A stretch of DNA of 64,000 nucleotides from Zygnema circumcarinatum SAG 698-1b (taxonomy: Eukaryota; Plantae; Zygnematophyceae). The notes beneath the pieces are model-generated. The model ran no database searches. It saw only the letters and a program-made list of their open reading frames with translations, and was not told the DNA's origin. This document shows, piece by piece, positions 47,601 to 59,800 of the stretch. How positions within the stretch are numbered: position 1 is the stretch's first letter; the number at the start of each line of letters is the position of its first letter. The translations under genes were made by a program, and so were the position numbers. Location: the NCBI GenBank assembly GCA_037447605.1, contig CM074810.1:62001-126000 (forward strand), written 5' to 3'.

Positions 47601-50600
47601 CAAAGGGCTGAGCCACGGCTGCAAATGTGGTTTCATTCCGATGCGTACGACCCATGCCACCTCCCACCTGAGCCAAGCAGCAAAGCTGTCTGTTAGGACG
47701 AGCTGCCGACATGCAGGGTGGGTCAGACCAATGTTGAGATACGACAAACGTAAAGTCAGGCCAAGTAGTAGTAAGTAGTAGTAGTAGTCCAAAACATTAC
47801 TCCCTTGGGGGCCCCCAGATAGTTTGAGTGGTAGTTCAACAAAAGCACACGATAACTACGAATAGAGAAAAGTGAACTCAATATGGGACGAGGTAGGAAA
47901 ATGTCAATGGGGATCCGGCAGGCAGACAGAGCTAACATGAGAAGCGGGAGCGGGGGGTGGCAAGGGGGCAGTGAGAAAAACTCACATAGATGTTAAACCC
48001 TTCCAGTTCTCCTGACTCGTTGCACATAACCACAAGTCCGACATCATTTGTGAGAAGGTCAACTGAATTGTCCCCGGGAACAGTGATCGCCATCTTGAAT
48101 TTTCGGGGAAGATATTGGGTACCGTAAATGGGTTCCGGAGACCCTTCAAAATTGGTCCCAAATCTGTTGTCCATGCGGGCTTCAGTCACATCCTTTGGCT
48201 CTGCACTCATCACCTGAACCACTAGCAAAAAATTGCTAAATGAAGGTCAATTTTCTACTTTCAGGCAAAATTGCCACCAACCTTCCTTCAGATTGAAACA
48301 TAGTCACTCTTTCTCTCAGTAAAAGAGGTCCCACCATTCATGTGGAATGTAATGCGACAAGTTTCTCTCCCAGACACCCGTACACCTACGACTGTAACTC
48401 ATTTGTTACCAACGGCAATCCACGTCGCCCACAGCAGCCACACATTTGGGCCTCCAGGTGGACTAAGTGTACATTCATCTTCTACCACACGCATAGCCCT
48501 CCATCCTTCTCGCATCAGATCTTCATCGAATGACCTAATAAACTGAAAATTGTGAACAATTTCAATAGCCACTTACCCGCTCACCATCAAGCCACACGTC
48601 ATAGTAAGCTCCGGCTTGTGGAGCTAACAGTTCGGCAATTTTATCCGCGTACTCCTGGGCATAATTGTATTCCGGCTTATTTGTGAAGGGTGCAACCGGT
48701 GCCAGGATGTTTCGATTAAGGTCTCCGCATGCTCCCAAAGTAGAGCCCATATTACGAATTACCGTACTAAAGACTGTCTTCATGTTGCCCTTCAGAATTC
48801 CATGCAACTGAGACAAAACACAAAAAAACGAACAATAAAATGACAATGAATAACTATCCAGCGGGCTGCCCATCTAAGCTTGCGTTCATTCGAGTAGTTG
48901 ATCAATTCACAGGAAACATTCTATCTCCAGAACTTGCAGGCCTCATGCGCTTCGCTGGCAGGAACGCTACCTGAAACGTCTGTCGCGTTGTGAGGCGAAG
49001 AGTTCCATTTCCATATTTGTCCGCCAAATCATCCATGGTCTTGTAGAGCTGATTGTCCACTTTCCCTCCCGGCTGCCATACAAGGATAGGACATTGACAG
49101 TAAAAGTGAAAGAGAGATACGAGAGAGAAAGAGCGAGAGGGTGAGACACCGATAATCATCGTGCCAATTATACGAAAGCTCATGAAGAACAGGTATCGCG
49201 ATAAAGAATAGAAGTAAACATGTCGAAATCGCGATAGGTTTATCACATGAGCTGGCCGTCTATGTTGTGTGATAGTTAACGTAGTTCAAGATTGCAAATT
49301 CTCTGAACTGAATGTCAAGAAAAGAAAATGGCCGTGATCTATGTGCATACCTGTCTTGTCCTCATCATAAACTGGTATGCTCTCTGTCCTGGTTTGCGCT
49401 CCTCGCGATCCTCCTGCTGATAACTACCGTGGAACTTGATAAGCTGCAACCGCACCTCCAAGGATACGTCAGTTTGAATCAATAAAAGGGCCAGTACAAC
49501 ACCAGCTTATCCTTCATTAGCAAACATAAAAGTGGTTTTTCAAAGCCACTGTAGCAAAATGACATAACGATCGCGGGAGAGAGGAAGCTATGAGACAATC
49601 ATCAATACAGCATTGTTATATGGAAAAAATAAGCTAGAGATTAGGTAAAAGGAGTGGGAAATTATACATGAGCAGCGTCAGCAAGCAATAGGTAAGCAAT
49701 GATCGACAAAACGAACAAAGTTCTCAGCATGCTTCATTATGAAATAAGCTGACACGGTGGATCAAAATACCAAAATGGTCATGCTTACAGGCGTACAGGC
49801 CAAAGACAGCTAATACACGATGGGCACGCTACCAATCTAAAGTGAATTTAAATCCGCAAAAAACACTGAATAAGGGCCTTCACAAGAACGAACAAACAGA
49901 GAGGTAAACTTGTATTTCGAGTCCCTAAATGAGCTCCTGAATGCAGCGGCTCTCGTCACCTGTTCTGCTGCCGCATTGACGTTGTCAGCAGGGCTTGCAA
50001 GCTCCTCCATGAGGGGAAAACGCAGGAAGTTGCTCTCCTCTTTAAAGACCTCCACTCTGCTGCGCTTGGCGGGCACAGTTATGGGGGGGCGGACGGGCTG
50101 CTTCAAAACAACGGTCCATTGTCAGCACTCGGCGTCGAGCATCATCAGCGCGCCGCGTGACAACTCGACCGTGACAAAACCTTAGATTTATGAATTTTTT
50201 TTAGGACGTTTAAGGACAGATAGCAAGGCCAAGCCTTTTCAAGTTCAGCTTCCAGCGACTGTAAAGAGCAAGCGAGGTTCGGCTTCGAATCTAGCTTGAT
50301 CCACTTGAATTGTATCGGAGAACATAAATTGTTATCGTGGTTGTCCATGTTTGAACAAAAGAGCATACTATTTTAATGGTTTCCAATAAGCCAGAAGCGA
50401 CAACCGCTACCGAAATTCGTGCGTGTACTATAGAGCTCGGAGAATAAGTACACAGCACAAACGAAATATTTTCGCTTGCTAACACGTGCAAAAGCGAGAA
50501 GGTGAATAATTCAGGCCATTTGAGCCAGAAATCAATGTTTGGATCAACATGGATACTAATTTGCAGAGCCTATATGACACTTTACAGCTGGGATACTCTG

Positions 50601-50843
50601 AGCTCAAAGGCAACTCAGCCGGCAACACCATAGAAGAGTAAGCAGGCGAAAAAAAAGCAGTACCGTTGAAACAGCTTGAACCGGGATGACGCTTCGAGCC
50701 AAGGACGACGAGCACAGCATCGCCTCCGAGGACAGGAAGGTGGCTTTTCCGAAAAACTCAGAGTCAGAAGGAAGGCCCCCGCCGCCGCGCAGGCCCTGGA
50801 CGGCGTTTAGCCGCGCAGTTGCCGCGTGCATGGCCATGGCCAT
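44643..50843 (-). CDS. SIR: Ferredoxin-dependent sulfite reductase, plastid, ~703 aa, with a C-terminal extension
   Basis: Exons 50843-50664, 50097-49960, 49443-49351, 49072-48971, 48807-48577, 48213-47986, 47667-47512, 46965-46627, 46180-46046, 45721-45602, 45254-45096, 44873-44643 (all phase 0, 2112 nt). Motifs [62 protein letters not shown], and siroheme/4Fe-4S ligands MACPALPLC and [10 protein letters not shown]. Confidence 0.97.
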
Positions 50844-51278
50844 GGCTGCTGCTGCTGCACCCGCCCGGCCTTCCCCCCTCGCAGCAGGCAGGCAGGCAGG
50901 CAGCCCTAAGCTCCTCCCTCACTCCCTCCTTGCAGGCAGGCCGGCACGCGCGCGATAAGGCCGCCCGTCGTTCCAGCCTGAACCCCGCCGTACCGTTCTC
51001 GCACGAGCGGCCTTGTTGTACGGCATTCAACCGTACGTATCCGCAGTTCCGCACCGTTCGATGAGGGCCACGCCGTGCGAATCCGTACAATGAATTCGCC
51101 GCAGTACGGGCGGGGCGGGGCGGGGCGAAGAAGGAGAGGAAGCGGAAGAAGACGAAGCTTCCGTCCTTCCTTCCATCCGCCCGGCGCCATGCGCCATGCG
51201 CCATGAGCCCCATGGCCTATGGCGGGAAAGATATCCAACGGCAGATTTTATTGTAGGTCGGTTCTCTGTCGGCTGTCA

Positions 51279-51488
51279 GCATGGCATGGCATGGCATGGC
51301 ATAGCATGGCATGGCATGGCATGGCATAGCATGGCATGGCATGGCATGGCATAGCATGGCATAGCATGGCATGGCATGGCATGGCATAGCATGGCATAGC
51401 ATGGCATGGCATGGCATAGCATGGCATGGCATGGCATGGCATAGCATGGCATGGCATGGCATGGCATAGCATGGCATGGCATGGCATG
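51279..51488 (+). repeat. (GCATG/GCATA)n pentamer array upstream of SiR
   Basis: About 42 units; reads (CCATG)n on the SiR sense strand. Confidence 0.95.
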
Positions 51489-51984
51489 CCCTAGTTGTGT
51501 CCCGCCTGATCCAGAATCCCATGCAAGGAACATCGCTCCATCGATCGCGACCCTCGCTCTCCCAAGATCATGCCTGCCACTAGGGCGTGTCAGACTTCAC
51601 AAGATGTTACAAATATCGAGTTTTTAGTAGTGCTAAAACCGAGGTTGCTACGTACTCAAACTCATCGCCTTCCCGAAGCTAAACCGAACCGAACTGAAGT
51701 CAACTGTGCTAAGTCAGCGGGTCAATGTTGCGAAGATTGACCCCCGGGGCTTACTGAAAACGGCACTTCTTCGCACGATTTTTCTGGCACCCAAACGAGG
51801 CGCCGAAGAGGGCGTGCGACGAGCAGAAGCGTCATTTGTGGATCTTTTACGAACACGTGGCAAGCCGTGGTCGGCGCATGTAGAAATTAAAATTAACCGG
51901 ACCACAATCGGAACTCGGCCATCAATTTTATTTTGTCGCGGCGCGGTGGCAGCGTCGCGGCGCCGTTTTGCTTTGCTTTGGCCA

Positions 51985-52014
51985 TGACGTGACGTGACGT
52001 GACGTGACGTGACG
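51985..52014 (+). promoter_or_regulatory. Tandem (GACGT)n array giving five overlapping TGACGTG ACGT-core elements
   Basis: TGACGTGACGTGACGTGACGTGACGTGACG in the SiR/DGD1 divergent promoter. A regulatory role is inference. Confidence 0.5.
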
Positions 52015-52258
52015 CGCAACACGTCTCGGTCGGAGGGCCCCGCGCGCGGGCGGAGGGGCGGCGACGGCGACCGAGACGGAGGAGCGCGGACGGGCCCGAC
52101 CGCGACGGACGGATTGCTGCGAACGAACACGCCACGCGACGCGAGGGAATTTCCGGTTGTACTGACGTTGACTCCAGATGGTACGAATATCGAATTTAGA
52201 TTTTTTGAAGTCTGACACGCCCTCCTGCCAGGAAGCGAGCTGGCGATGCTCGTACGAT

Positions 52259-52525
52259 GGCCATGCCATGCCATGCCGTGCCATGCCATGCCGTGCCGTG
52301 CCATGCCATGCCATGCCATGCCGTGCCATGCCATGCCGTGCCATGCCGTGCGGTGCCATGCCGTGCCATGCCGTGCGGTGCCATGCCGTGCCATGCCGTG
52401 CGGTGCCATGCCGTGCCATGCCGTGCGGTGCCATGCCGTGCCATGCCGTGCCATGCCGTGCGGTGCCATGGCGTGCCATGGCGTGCCGAGCCGTGCCATG
52501 CCGTGCCATGCCATGCCATGCCATG
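52259..52525 (+). repeat. (CCATG/CCGTG)n pentamer array upstream of DGD1
   Basis: About 53 units with CGGTG variants; inverted relative to the 51279-51488 array. Confidence 0.95.
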
Positions 52526-52923
52526 CGTTCCCCCGCAGCCCAGATCCGTGAGATCTTCGGATCCCGCACTCGCGGCGGGCAGGCCCCCCGCGGGCCCGCC
52601 CTGCCTCCCGCACGTGCGAGGAATGCCCCCGATTCGCGCAGGCCGCGCGGCTTCATATCGCGCCGCGTGTCCCGCCACGCGTGCGAGGCCGCGGAGGAGG
52701 GCGCCGGGGAGAGGACGCCTGCCCCTCTTTCTGCTCACACGGCTGCGACGGACACGCGGCGGACGGGCAAGAGGGCGAGGACTAGGGCTGCACCCGATCT
52801 CTCCCGCTCCTGCAGACGGGCCCTTGCTGCTCCTGCAAGTGGTGAGAGAGAGGACGGGGGGAAGGGAGGGATAGGCGGGTTGGGAGAGGGAAGGGGGAAG
52901 AAAAGGGAAGTTGGGAGGGGGGG

Positions 52924-55900
52924 ATGGTGGGCAGCATCCACAGTCAGTCGGCGGATGTGGCCACCCGTTGCTCCGCAGCAGCAGACAGCCATGGGGCGCT
53001 GGGCTTCCTCTCGAGGTCGCTGCTGGAGGTGCAGCGCAGCGCGGAGGACGACTGGAGGACTATGAGCGCGCGGGCTGCGAGCTTGAAGGACCTTGCGCAG
53101 CGCGTCGAGGACTGGGAGAAGGCTCTTGGGAGGAACCCTAAAGTCTTGAGCAGCATCCGGTTGCCGGAGTGGGGCCCAAGGGAGGAGGCTTCCGCGGGAG
53201 GGCTGCTGCTGCAGCGCCTCCGGGACACGAGCAAGGCGCTAGCGGGGCTGGAGGAGATTCAGGTCATCCGCGCGCTCAAGGAGAAGGGTCTGCCTGCGTG
53301 GCAGCTGCAGCTGCAGCAGCAGGAGTTTTTGCAGCTTCTTCAGCAACAGCAGCTGCAGCCAAAGCAGCAGAGAAAGCGTCACCTTCAGCCAGGAAAGCAG
53401 CAATCACAGCAGCAACAGGAGCAGAATCAGCAGCAGCAGGGAAAGCAGAAAAGGCCAGGAGGAAGCTTCGGGAAATCAGTGCGGTCAAGGCAGGCAGAGG
53501 CCGCAAGGAGAGAGAAGCCATGGCTGCTGCTTGAAAGTGAGCAGTTTGCAGGGAGGGCGCTTGTCCGGCTGGACGAGTGGCAGGCGGCGCAGGCGACGAA
53601 GCAACCCTGGCAGCCATTGCAGAAGGTCAAGGAGGGACTCAAAGAGCTTGAGAGTAAAGCCGCTTCTGGGGGACCTGCATCCCAATTCTTCCACAAAGTT
53701 TCGAAAAGTCTGGTGAGTATTCGCTATTCTCTGAATCTATTGATGAAGTTAGAGGAAAGGGCAGAGAAAGAGAGGGAGTAAGAAAAGTGCCATAGAGAGG
53801 TGTGAGCGAGCAAGGAAAGTGGAGTTGAAGGGAGTGCAGAGAAGGTGACAGAGGGAGAGAGGGGCAGACAAGGAGGGACGAAAGGGAGGAGCATGGCGCT
53901 GTTAGTGGCAGCGATATAATGAAATAATGTGACATACTCCCCTGGGAAAGAAACTGGATATGTTGGATGAATGGGGGGAGGAGACTGGGAGTTCAAGAGG
54001 AGATGGGGAACATTCGATGGAAGAATTTGAAGGGCTGAAAGATAGGAAAAGAAGCTGGAAAGGAGTGAAACAGAAAAGTTGGAGAGATGAAGGGGGAGAG
54101 ATACCTGGGAGAGCGGAACAGGGAAAAGACAGACAGGGCAGAGAGAGAAAAGTGGAACACGGAGAAAAAGTACTGAGGCAGGCAGAAAGTAATGAGTGGT
54201 GCGGGAGGAGCGGAACAGAAAAACACTTGGGGCGCAATGGAGGAGTAAGTGAGGGGAGGGAGACGGGAGTTAGTGCGAGGGAAGGGGATTAGAGGGCAGG
54301 ACACTGGAAAGAAGCGAGAGGGTGATAGGACGAGAGGGAGGAAGATGGAAAGAAAGGGCGAAGCAAAGTAATTATTCGACTGGGGCAAGGACAGAGAAGC
54401 GAGGAAGAAGGGATAATGGAGAAAAGAGGAGGAAAGGGAAGGGATGCAGAGGGAGGAGTAACACGCAAAGGGAGTAGAGAATGGGAGGAGGGGGGTGGGA
54501 GGAGTGAAACGGAAGTGACACATGCATTAGAGACGGATGAGGACGGGGGGAAGGGAAGGTTGGAATGGTAAGGGGAGGGATGAATAGCTCATTGCAATAT
54601 TGAAATATGTAGATTCGTGAGTCTGCGAGTCTTCAATTGTTACTTATTGTCTTGCGGGATTTGGTTACTGGTGTATCAGGGCGATGTTTTGGCCATTGTG
54701 AGCTTACTTTGGCTACTGTTGGATGCAGAAATTGGACGACAAAAGATCTCCACTAGAGGTACATTCGCAACCTGCTTACAAACTGGGAAATGAAGATTTT
54801 TTTCTTATTCTGGATGGTATCTGTGCAACAAATGTATATTGCTGGACTGCAGGATAGCTAAGTTGTAGTTGCCAGATGATCTCTCTTGCGTCAGTGTTGC
54901 GGTGTTTACTCCATGATTGGGATTGGGATCCAATTATGGTGAAATACTATATAACCTGAGATGGAAAGGCATGATAACCAGTAAAATGTGCGGCATTTGA
55001 ACGGAGCAGCTGGTGATGGAAGTGCAGGCAGAGGCCGTGCCTCCATTAGACGTGCCGGAGCTACTGGAGAGTCTCGTCAGACAGTCAGAGCCCATTTTGG
55101 ATCACTTTGGAGTGGACAGAGGTGCCCACGCCTCTCCCTTTCTCTCTCTCTCTCTCCTCTCTCTTTCTCTCTCTCTTCCCAAATCTCCCTCTCACTATCT
55201 CTCTCCCTCTTCGTCACCTCTCCTGCTGCCGCCAGTCCCCATACTGCATACTGTTGTTTTGAAGGAGGGGAGAAACGTTTGTCCAACTAGCTGTAATCTG
55301 AGACTTGTCTCTTTGGAACGACGGAAATGTTCTGCCTGCAGAAGTGTCAACGAAAGTTCGAAGCCTCATTCGGAGCTGCAAAAGGAGCCTTTCCTTCTCT
55401 TCCCTCTCAACCATGGCTGCTACCGCATCTGCGGATTCGGCCACCTATGCATTGAGGGAGGCCCCTGAAGAGGAGCTGGATTTTAGAATAGCGAGGGTTC
55501 AGGAGAGCACGGGGTACAAGCACAGGGAGAGGCCGGGAGGAGACCTGAACGGCGGAATGGGCCCGGGGAAAAAGCGTAACATTGCGATATTCACAACTGC
55601 AAGCCTACCGTGGATGACAGGGACGGCTGTGAACCCACTCCTCAGAGCTGCGTATTTAGCGCAGTCGGGGGAGCAGAATGTGACGTTGCTCGTGCCGTGG
55701 CTGTCCAAGTACGACCAGGAAAAGGTGTACCCCAATCAGATCACGTTTGACTCGCCGGCTGAACAGGAGCAGTATGTTCGCAACTGGCTGCACTCCAGGA
55801 TCGGATTTTCAGCTGACTTTAAGATTGCCTTCTACCCGGGAACGGTGAGTTTTGAATTGTCGAATGGACCTTTCTCAACTTTACTTCCTTTTTCTTTCAC

Positions 55901-58611
55901 TCTCTCTCACTCTTTCTCTCTGTAAATGAATAAACCTACCTCCTCCACATCTCTCTCTCTCTCCCACTCTCACCGCGAACGATGAACTCTACGTTGTCCC
56001 TTCTCTCTCTCCCTTCACCGCTACCCTCGCTCTCTTCCTCTCTCACGGCAATTGTAGGGTCCTCCCTTCTCACCCTCTCTCACTGCAATTGTAGGGTCCT
56101 CCCTTCTCACCCTCTCTCACTGCAATTGTAGGGTCCTCCCTTCTCTCCCTCTCTCACTGCCATTGTAGGGTCCTCCCTTCTCTCCCTCTCTCACTGCAAT
56201 TGTAGGGTCCTCCCTTCTCTCCCTCACTCACTGCAACTGCAGGGTCCTCCCTTCTCATCCCTCTCTCACTGCAATTGTAGGGTCCTCCCTTCTCACCCTC
56301 TCTCACTGCAATTGTAGGGTCCTCCCTTCTCTCCCTCTCTCACTGCAATTGTAGGGTCCTCCCTTCTCACCCTCTCTCACTGCAATTGTAGGGTCCTCCC
56401 TTCTCACCCTCTCTCACTGCAATTGTAGGGTCCTCCCTTCTCTCCCTCTCTCACTGCAATTGTAGGGTCCTCCCTTCTCTCCCTCACTCACTGCAACTGC
56501 AGGGTCCTCCCTTCTCTCCCTCTCTCCCTCACCCTTCTCTCTGCAACTGTTGCTGCTCTGTTTCAGTTCTCAGTAGAGAAGCGAAGCATTCTGGCGGTGG
56601 GTGACATCTCGGCTGTGGTGGCGGAACGCGACGCTGACGTGGCGGTCCTGGAAGAGCCGGAACATCTGACGTGGTACTACCACGGGCGGCGGTGGGCGGA
56701 CAAGTTCCGGTCCGTTGTGGGCGTAGTCCACACCAACTACCTCGAGTACGTGCGCCGAGAGCGTGGGGGGCGCCTGCAGGCGCTGCTGCTCGAACAGCTC
56801 AACAACTGGTTGGTGCGCTGCTACTGCCACAAGGTAAGCGCTGGAAGCACACCGGAACTCTCTACTCGGGAGGGAAGGGGAGGGGAAGGGGGGGGAGGGA
56901 GAGAAGGCAAGACGTGCGGACGAGTAGAGGCATGGCGGAGGGAGGGCGAGGACGAGGAGAAGGAGGTTGACAGGCGTTAAAGGGAGGGAGGGGGGGAGGG
57001 AGGGAGGGAGGAGGGAGGGAGGGAGGAGGGAGGGAGGGTGGGAGGGAGAGAGAGGGGGAGAGAGACGTGTGCGTGTGCATGGACGAAAGGAGTCTTTGAA
57101 ACTCCCTGTTCATGTAGAGCCGATTGACAGGGTTGTTTTCAAATTGGAATCTATTAACTGTCTGGAGACTATCGTCCTTTAATTATGTATACTAAGCAGG
57201 GACTCAACTTCTTCTTTCGATGGTTCGATTCTCAAATATATTTTGAGGTAACGATAAGGTAATGTCTCGTCTATTCATGCAAACCCTGAGCTTGCGAGTG
57301 ACAATCCGCCCTGAACCCTCTGCAGGTGATTCGGCTCTCCGCAGCGACCCAAGAGCTCCCTCGTTCCATTGTCTGCAACGTGCACGGAGTCGGCATCAAG
57401 TTTTTGGAAATCGGTTCGAAAATGGCGGAGTTTCAGAAAGCAGGGAAGACCCCGTTTTCCAAGGGGGCCTACTACCTTGGAAAAATGGTGTGGAGCAAAG
57501 GGTATAGGGAGTTGGTAGATCTGCTAGCAGAGAATAAGAGTGTGCTGGGCTCCCTGAAGGTGGATGTGTACGGATCGGGAGAGGATGCGGGAGCAGTGCA
57601 GGAGGTAGCCAAAGAGAGAGGGCTGAAAATGAAGTTTCACAAGGGGAGGGACCATGCCGATGTTTCCATCCAACAGTAAGTGCAGACTGTCCAACATTGG
57701 CTGTAAGGATTGTCGCATAGATTGCTATGAGTTTTGAACTTGGATATTGGCTTCCTGTTGCTTATAAGTATGTCATTTGATGTTATCTGACTTTCTATGT
57801 GTTCTGTGTTTTGTATTTCTGAATGCAGCTATAAAGTGTTTATCAATCCCAGCCTCAGTGATGTTGTATGCACCACAACAGCAGAGGCTCTGGCTATGGG
57901 GAAAATAGTTGTGTGCGCCGACCACCCGTCCAATGAGTTTTTCCGGGGTTTCCCGAACTGTTTGACCTACAAATCGAGGGAGGTGAGGATCGATTTACTC
58001 TTGAAACATCAATAAGCTGCCTTTGGATGCTGAGATGTCCTTAAGTGGGAATGAAACGTGAAGGGCATCTGAAATGTCTTCAGATACTGAACAAGAAAAT
58101 CCTATTCATCGTGTGATCTTCTCACCGTCATCCCTCGCTTACTTCGATTACCCACACACTGACATTCCTCTCCACCCATCTGCAGGAGTTTGTGGCGAGA
58201 GTGCAGCAAGCTCTGGCCATGGAGCCTGAACCCCTCTCCGACGAGCACCGCCATCTGCTTTCATGGGAAGCTGCCACAGAACGCTTTCTCGACTGTGCAG
58301 GTTTAGACAGACCGCAGGACCAGTCTGCGGCAGCTGAAGTAATGCCCATCACCCGCAATGGCCGCCAATATTGGTTTGAGGGGAAGAGAAGCTCACCGCT
58401 GAAGAAGACGCTCTCCCTGTCCATGTCCATGCCGGACATGAGCAGTGCGGTGGACAGGGGCCTCTTCTACGCGCACTACATGCTGTCGGGTGTGGAGCTA
58501 GTCAGGAGGATTTCGGGAGCTCCTCGTGACTCAATGCATGTCTCGGCGACCATGGCCAAGGAGATGGGGCTGCCTCCCCCGCACGTGGAGAGGCCGGTGT
58601 ACGGATGGTGA
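52924..58611 (+). CDS. DGD1: Digalactosyldiacylglycerol synthase 1 (with N-terminal extension), ~866 aa
   Basis: Exons 52924-53712, 55010-55121, 55342-55844, 56567-56833, 57326-57675, 57829-57982, 58186-58611 (2601 nt). Motifs [115 protein letters not shown] and terminal [12 protein letters not shown]. Confidence 0.96.
56038..56530 (+). repeat. 37-bp minisatellite, ~13 copies, in DGD1 intron 3
   Basis: Unit CTCTCTCACTGCAATTGTAGGGTCCTCCCTTCTCWCC; the CAATTG core recurs at 56049, 56086, 56123 and onward to ~56494. Confidence 0.95.
56982..57052 (+). repeat. (GGGA)n G-rich tract in DGD1 intron 4 (G-quadruplex-forming potential)
   Basis: More than ten GGG runs in ~70 nt. Confidence 0.8.
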
Positions 58612-59483
58612 AGTTTAGGCGTCCCAAAGCGTGAGGGTGCTCTCGTAAAGTCTATGGGGGATGGCGTGTTTGTGTGCAGGGGGGGTGGGGAGGGGAGTCT
58701 GCTTCATTTGCGCTTTCGGAGTTAGAAGGGTGTGAAGTTGTGTGACTGATGAGTGACTGATGGTCTGCGGATGGTCGCACGGATGAGGGTGGTGTGGCGT
58801 GAGGCTGTCTGAAGATTTGTGTTGTGTAAAGGCTTTTTGTGAACGAGCAAACCCATGACCGTTGCAATAATAGCTTTTACTGCGAGTCGTTGGTTAGTAG
58901 ATTTGTATTTTCATACGGGAATGCAGTGGCGAGGTAATGGTCTAGAGTGGTCTTGAATATCACTATTGATTGTAAATTGACTTTGGAAAGTGTGAATGAG
59001 AAGAATATTTTCGTTCAAGCTTCGGACACGGCTGCCGCGTTGATCAAAGCTGCCATCTGACTGCTGTGCTTGTTACTTTATTTACACCATTTTTTGGAAA
59101 TACATTGATCGCATCATCCAATGCAACCTCCCAGCGTGTGATGAAGTGCCTGCTTGGCCCCTCTACCATCGAGTGTGCGCGAAATGGCCAAAGTAGCATT
59201 TACGCGCACTCGAGCACTAGGCCCAGACCCGCCCAACCGAAATCGTGGTTTCGTGGTTTCGTGGTTTCGTGGTTTCCCCGCCTGCCAATGGTCTCAAAAA
59301 TTTTGACTTACGAACGAACGAACCGGGAGTTCAGTGTGACCGCACGACCACTGAACTTGAACGAATGCTACTGTAGGTTGAATTGCGCTCGCATTGACCG
59401 TACGTTTATGCCGCGTGATCGTACATTCGTACAATTGTCCGGCCATTCTAAAAGTGTTTTATAAAACGGCATTAATTTCACAC

Positions 59484-59800
59484 ATCGGTGACCGTCGCGG
59501 CTGCTTCGAGGGAGGGCTGCGTTGTTGTTGTTGCGGTGTAGTTTTTCCGCTCCAAGCTTTTTTCTTTTGTCCTTAGGTCCTTTGTGCCCAGTTCTTCGTG
59601 GTTCCTTCCCCATGCTGATGTTGTCCATGTACATTTGATGGCATCGCCAGCGTGAGATCAATGCAAATCTCTCCCTGACTTCTCGAATTTTTTATTGGAA
59701 TTCTAAAACACGCCACAGGAAGTGAAAATAACACGCCACTGGTAGTGAAAATATGATCCCTCGTTCTAATAATCGCCATCCCCGGCAGGCGGCAGGCTGC
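59484..59800 (-). other. Copy B of the dispersed repeat seen at ~37140-37450
   Basis: The reverse complement contains GCATTGATCTCACGCTGGCGATGCCATCAAATGTACATGGACAA...GAACCACGAAGAACTGGGCACAAAGGACCT. Copy A has GCATTGATCTCAGGATGGCGAGGCCACCAAATGTACATGGACAA...GAACCACGAGGAACTGGTCGCAAAGGACCT. Confidence 0.75.

Noticed and set aside
51217-53065. ORFs of up to 299 aa with CHAMP/HGMAW repeats
   Set aside because: They are translations of (CCATG)n arrays and GC-rich promoter DNA.
56038-56530. CRISPR-like array of 37-bp repeats
   Set aside because: Units are directly adjacent with no unique spacers, lie in a eukaryotic intron, and no cas genes are present.
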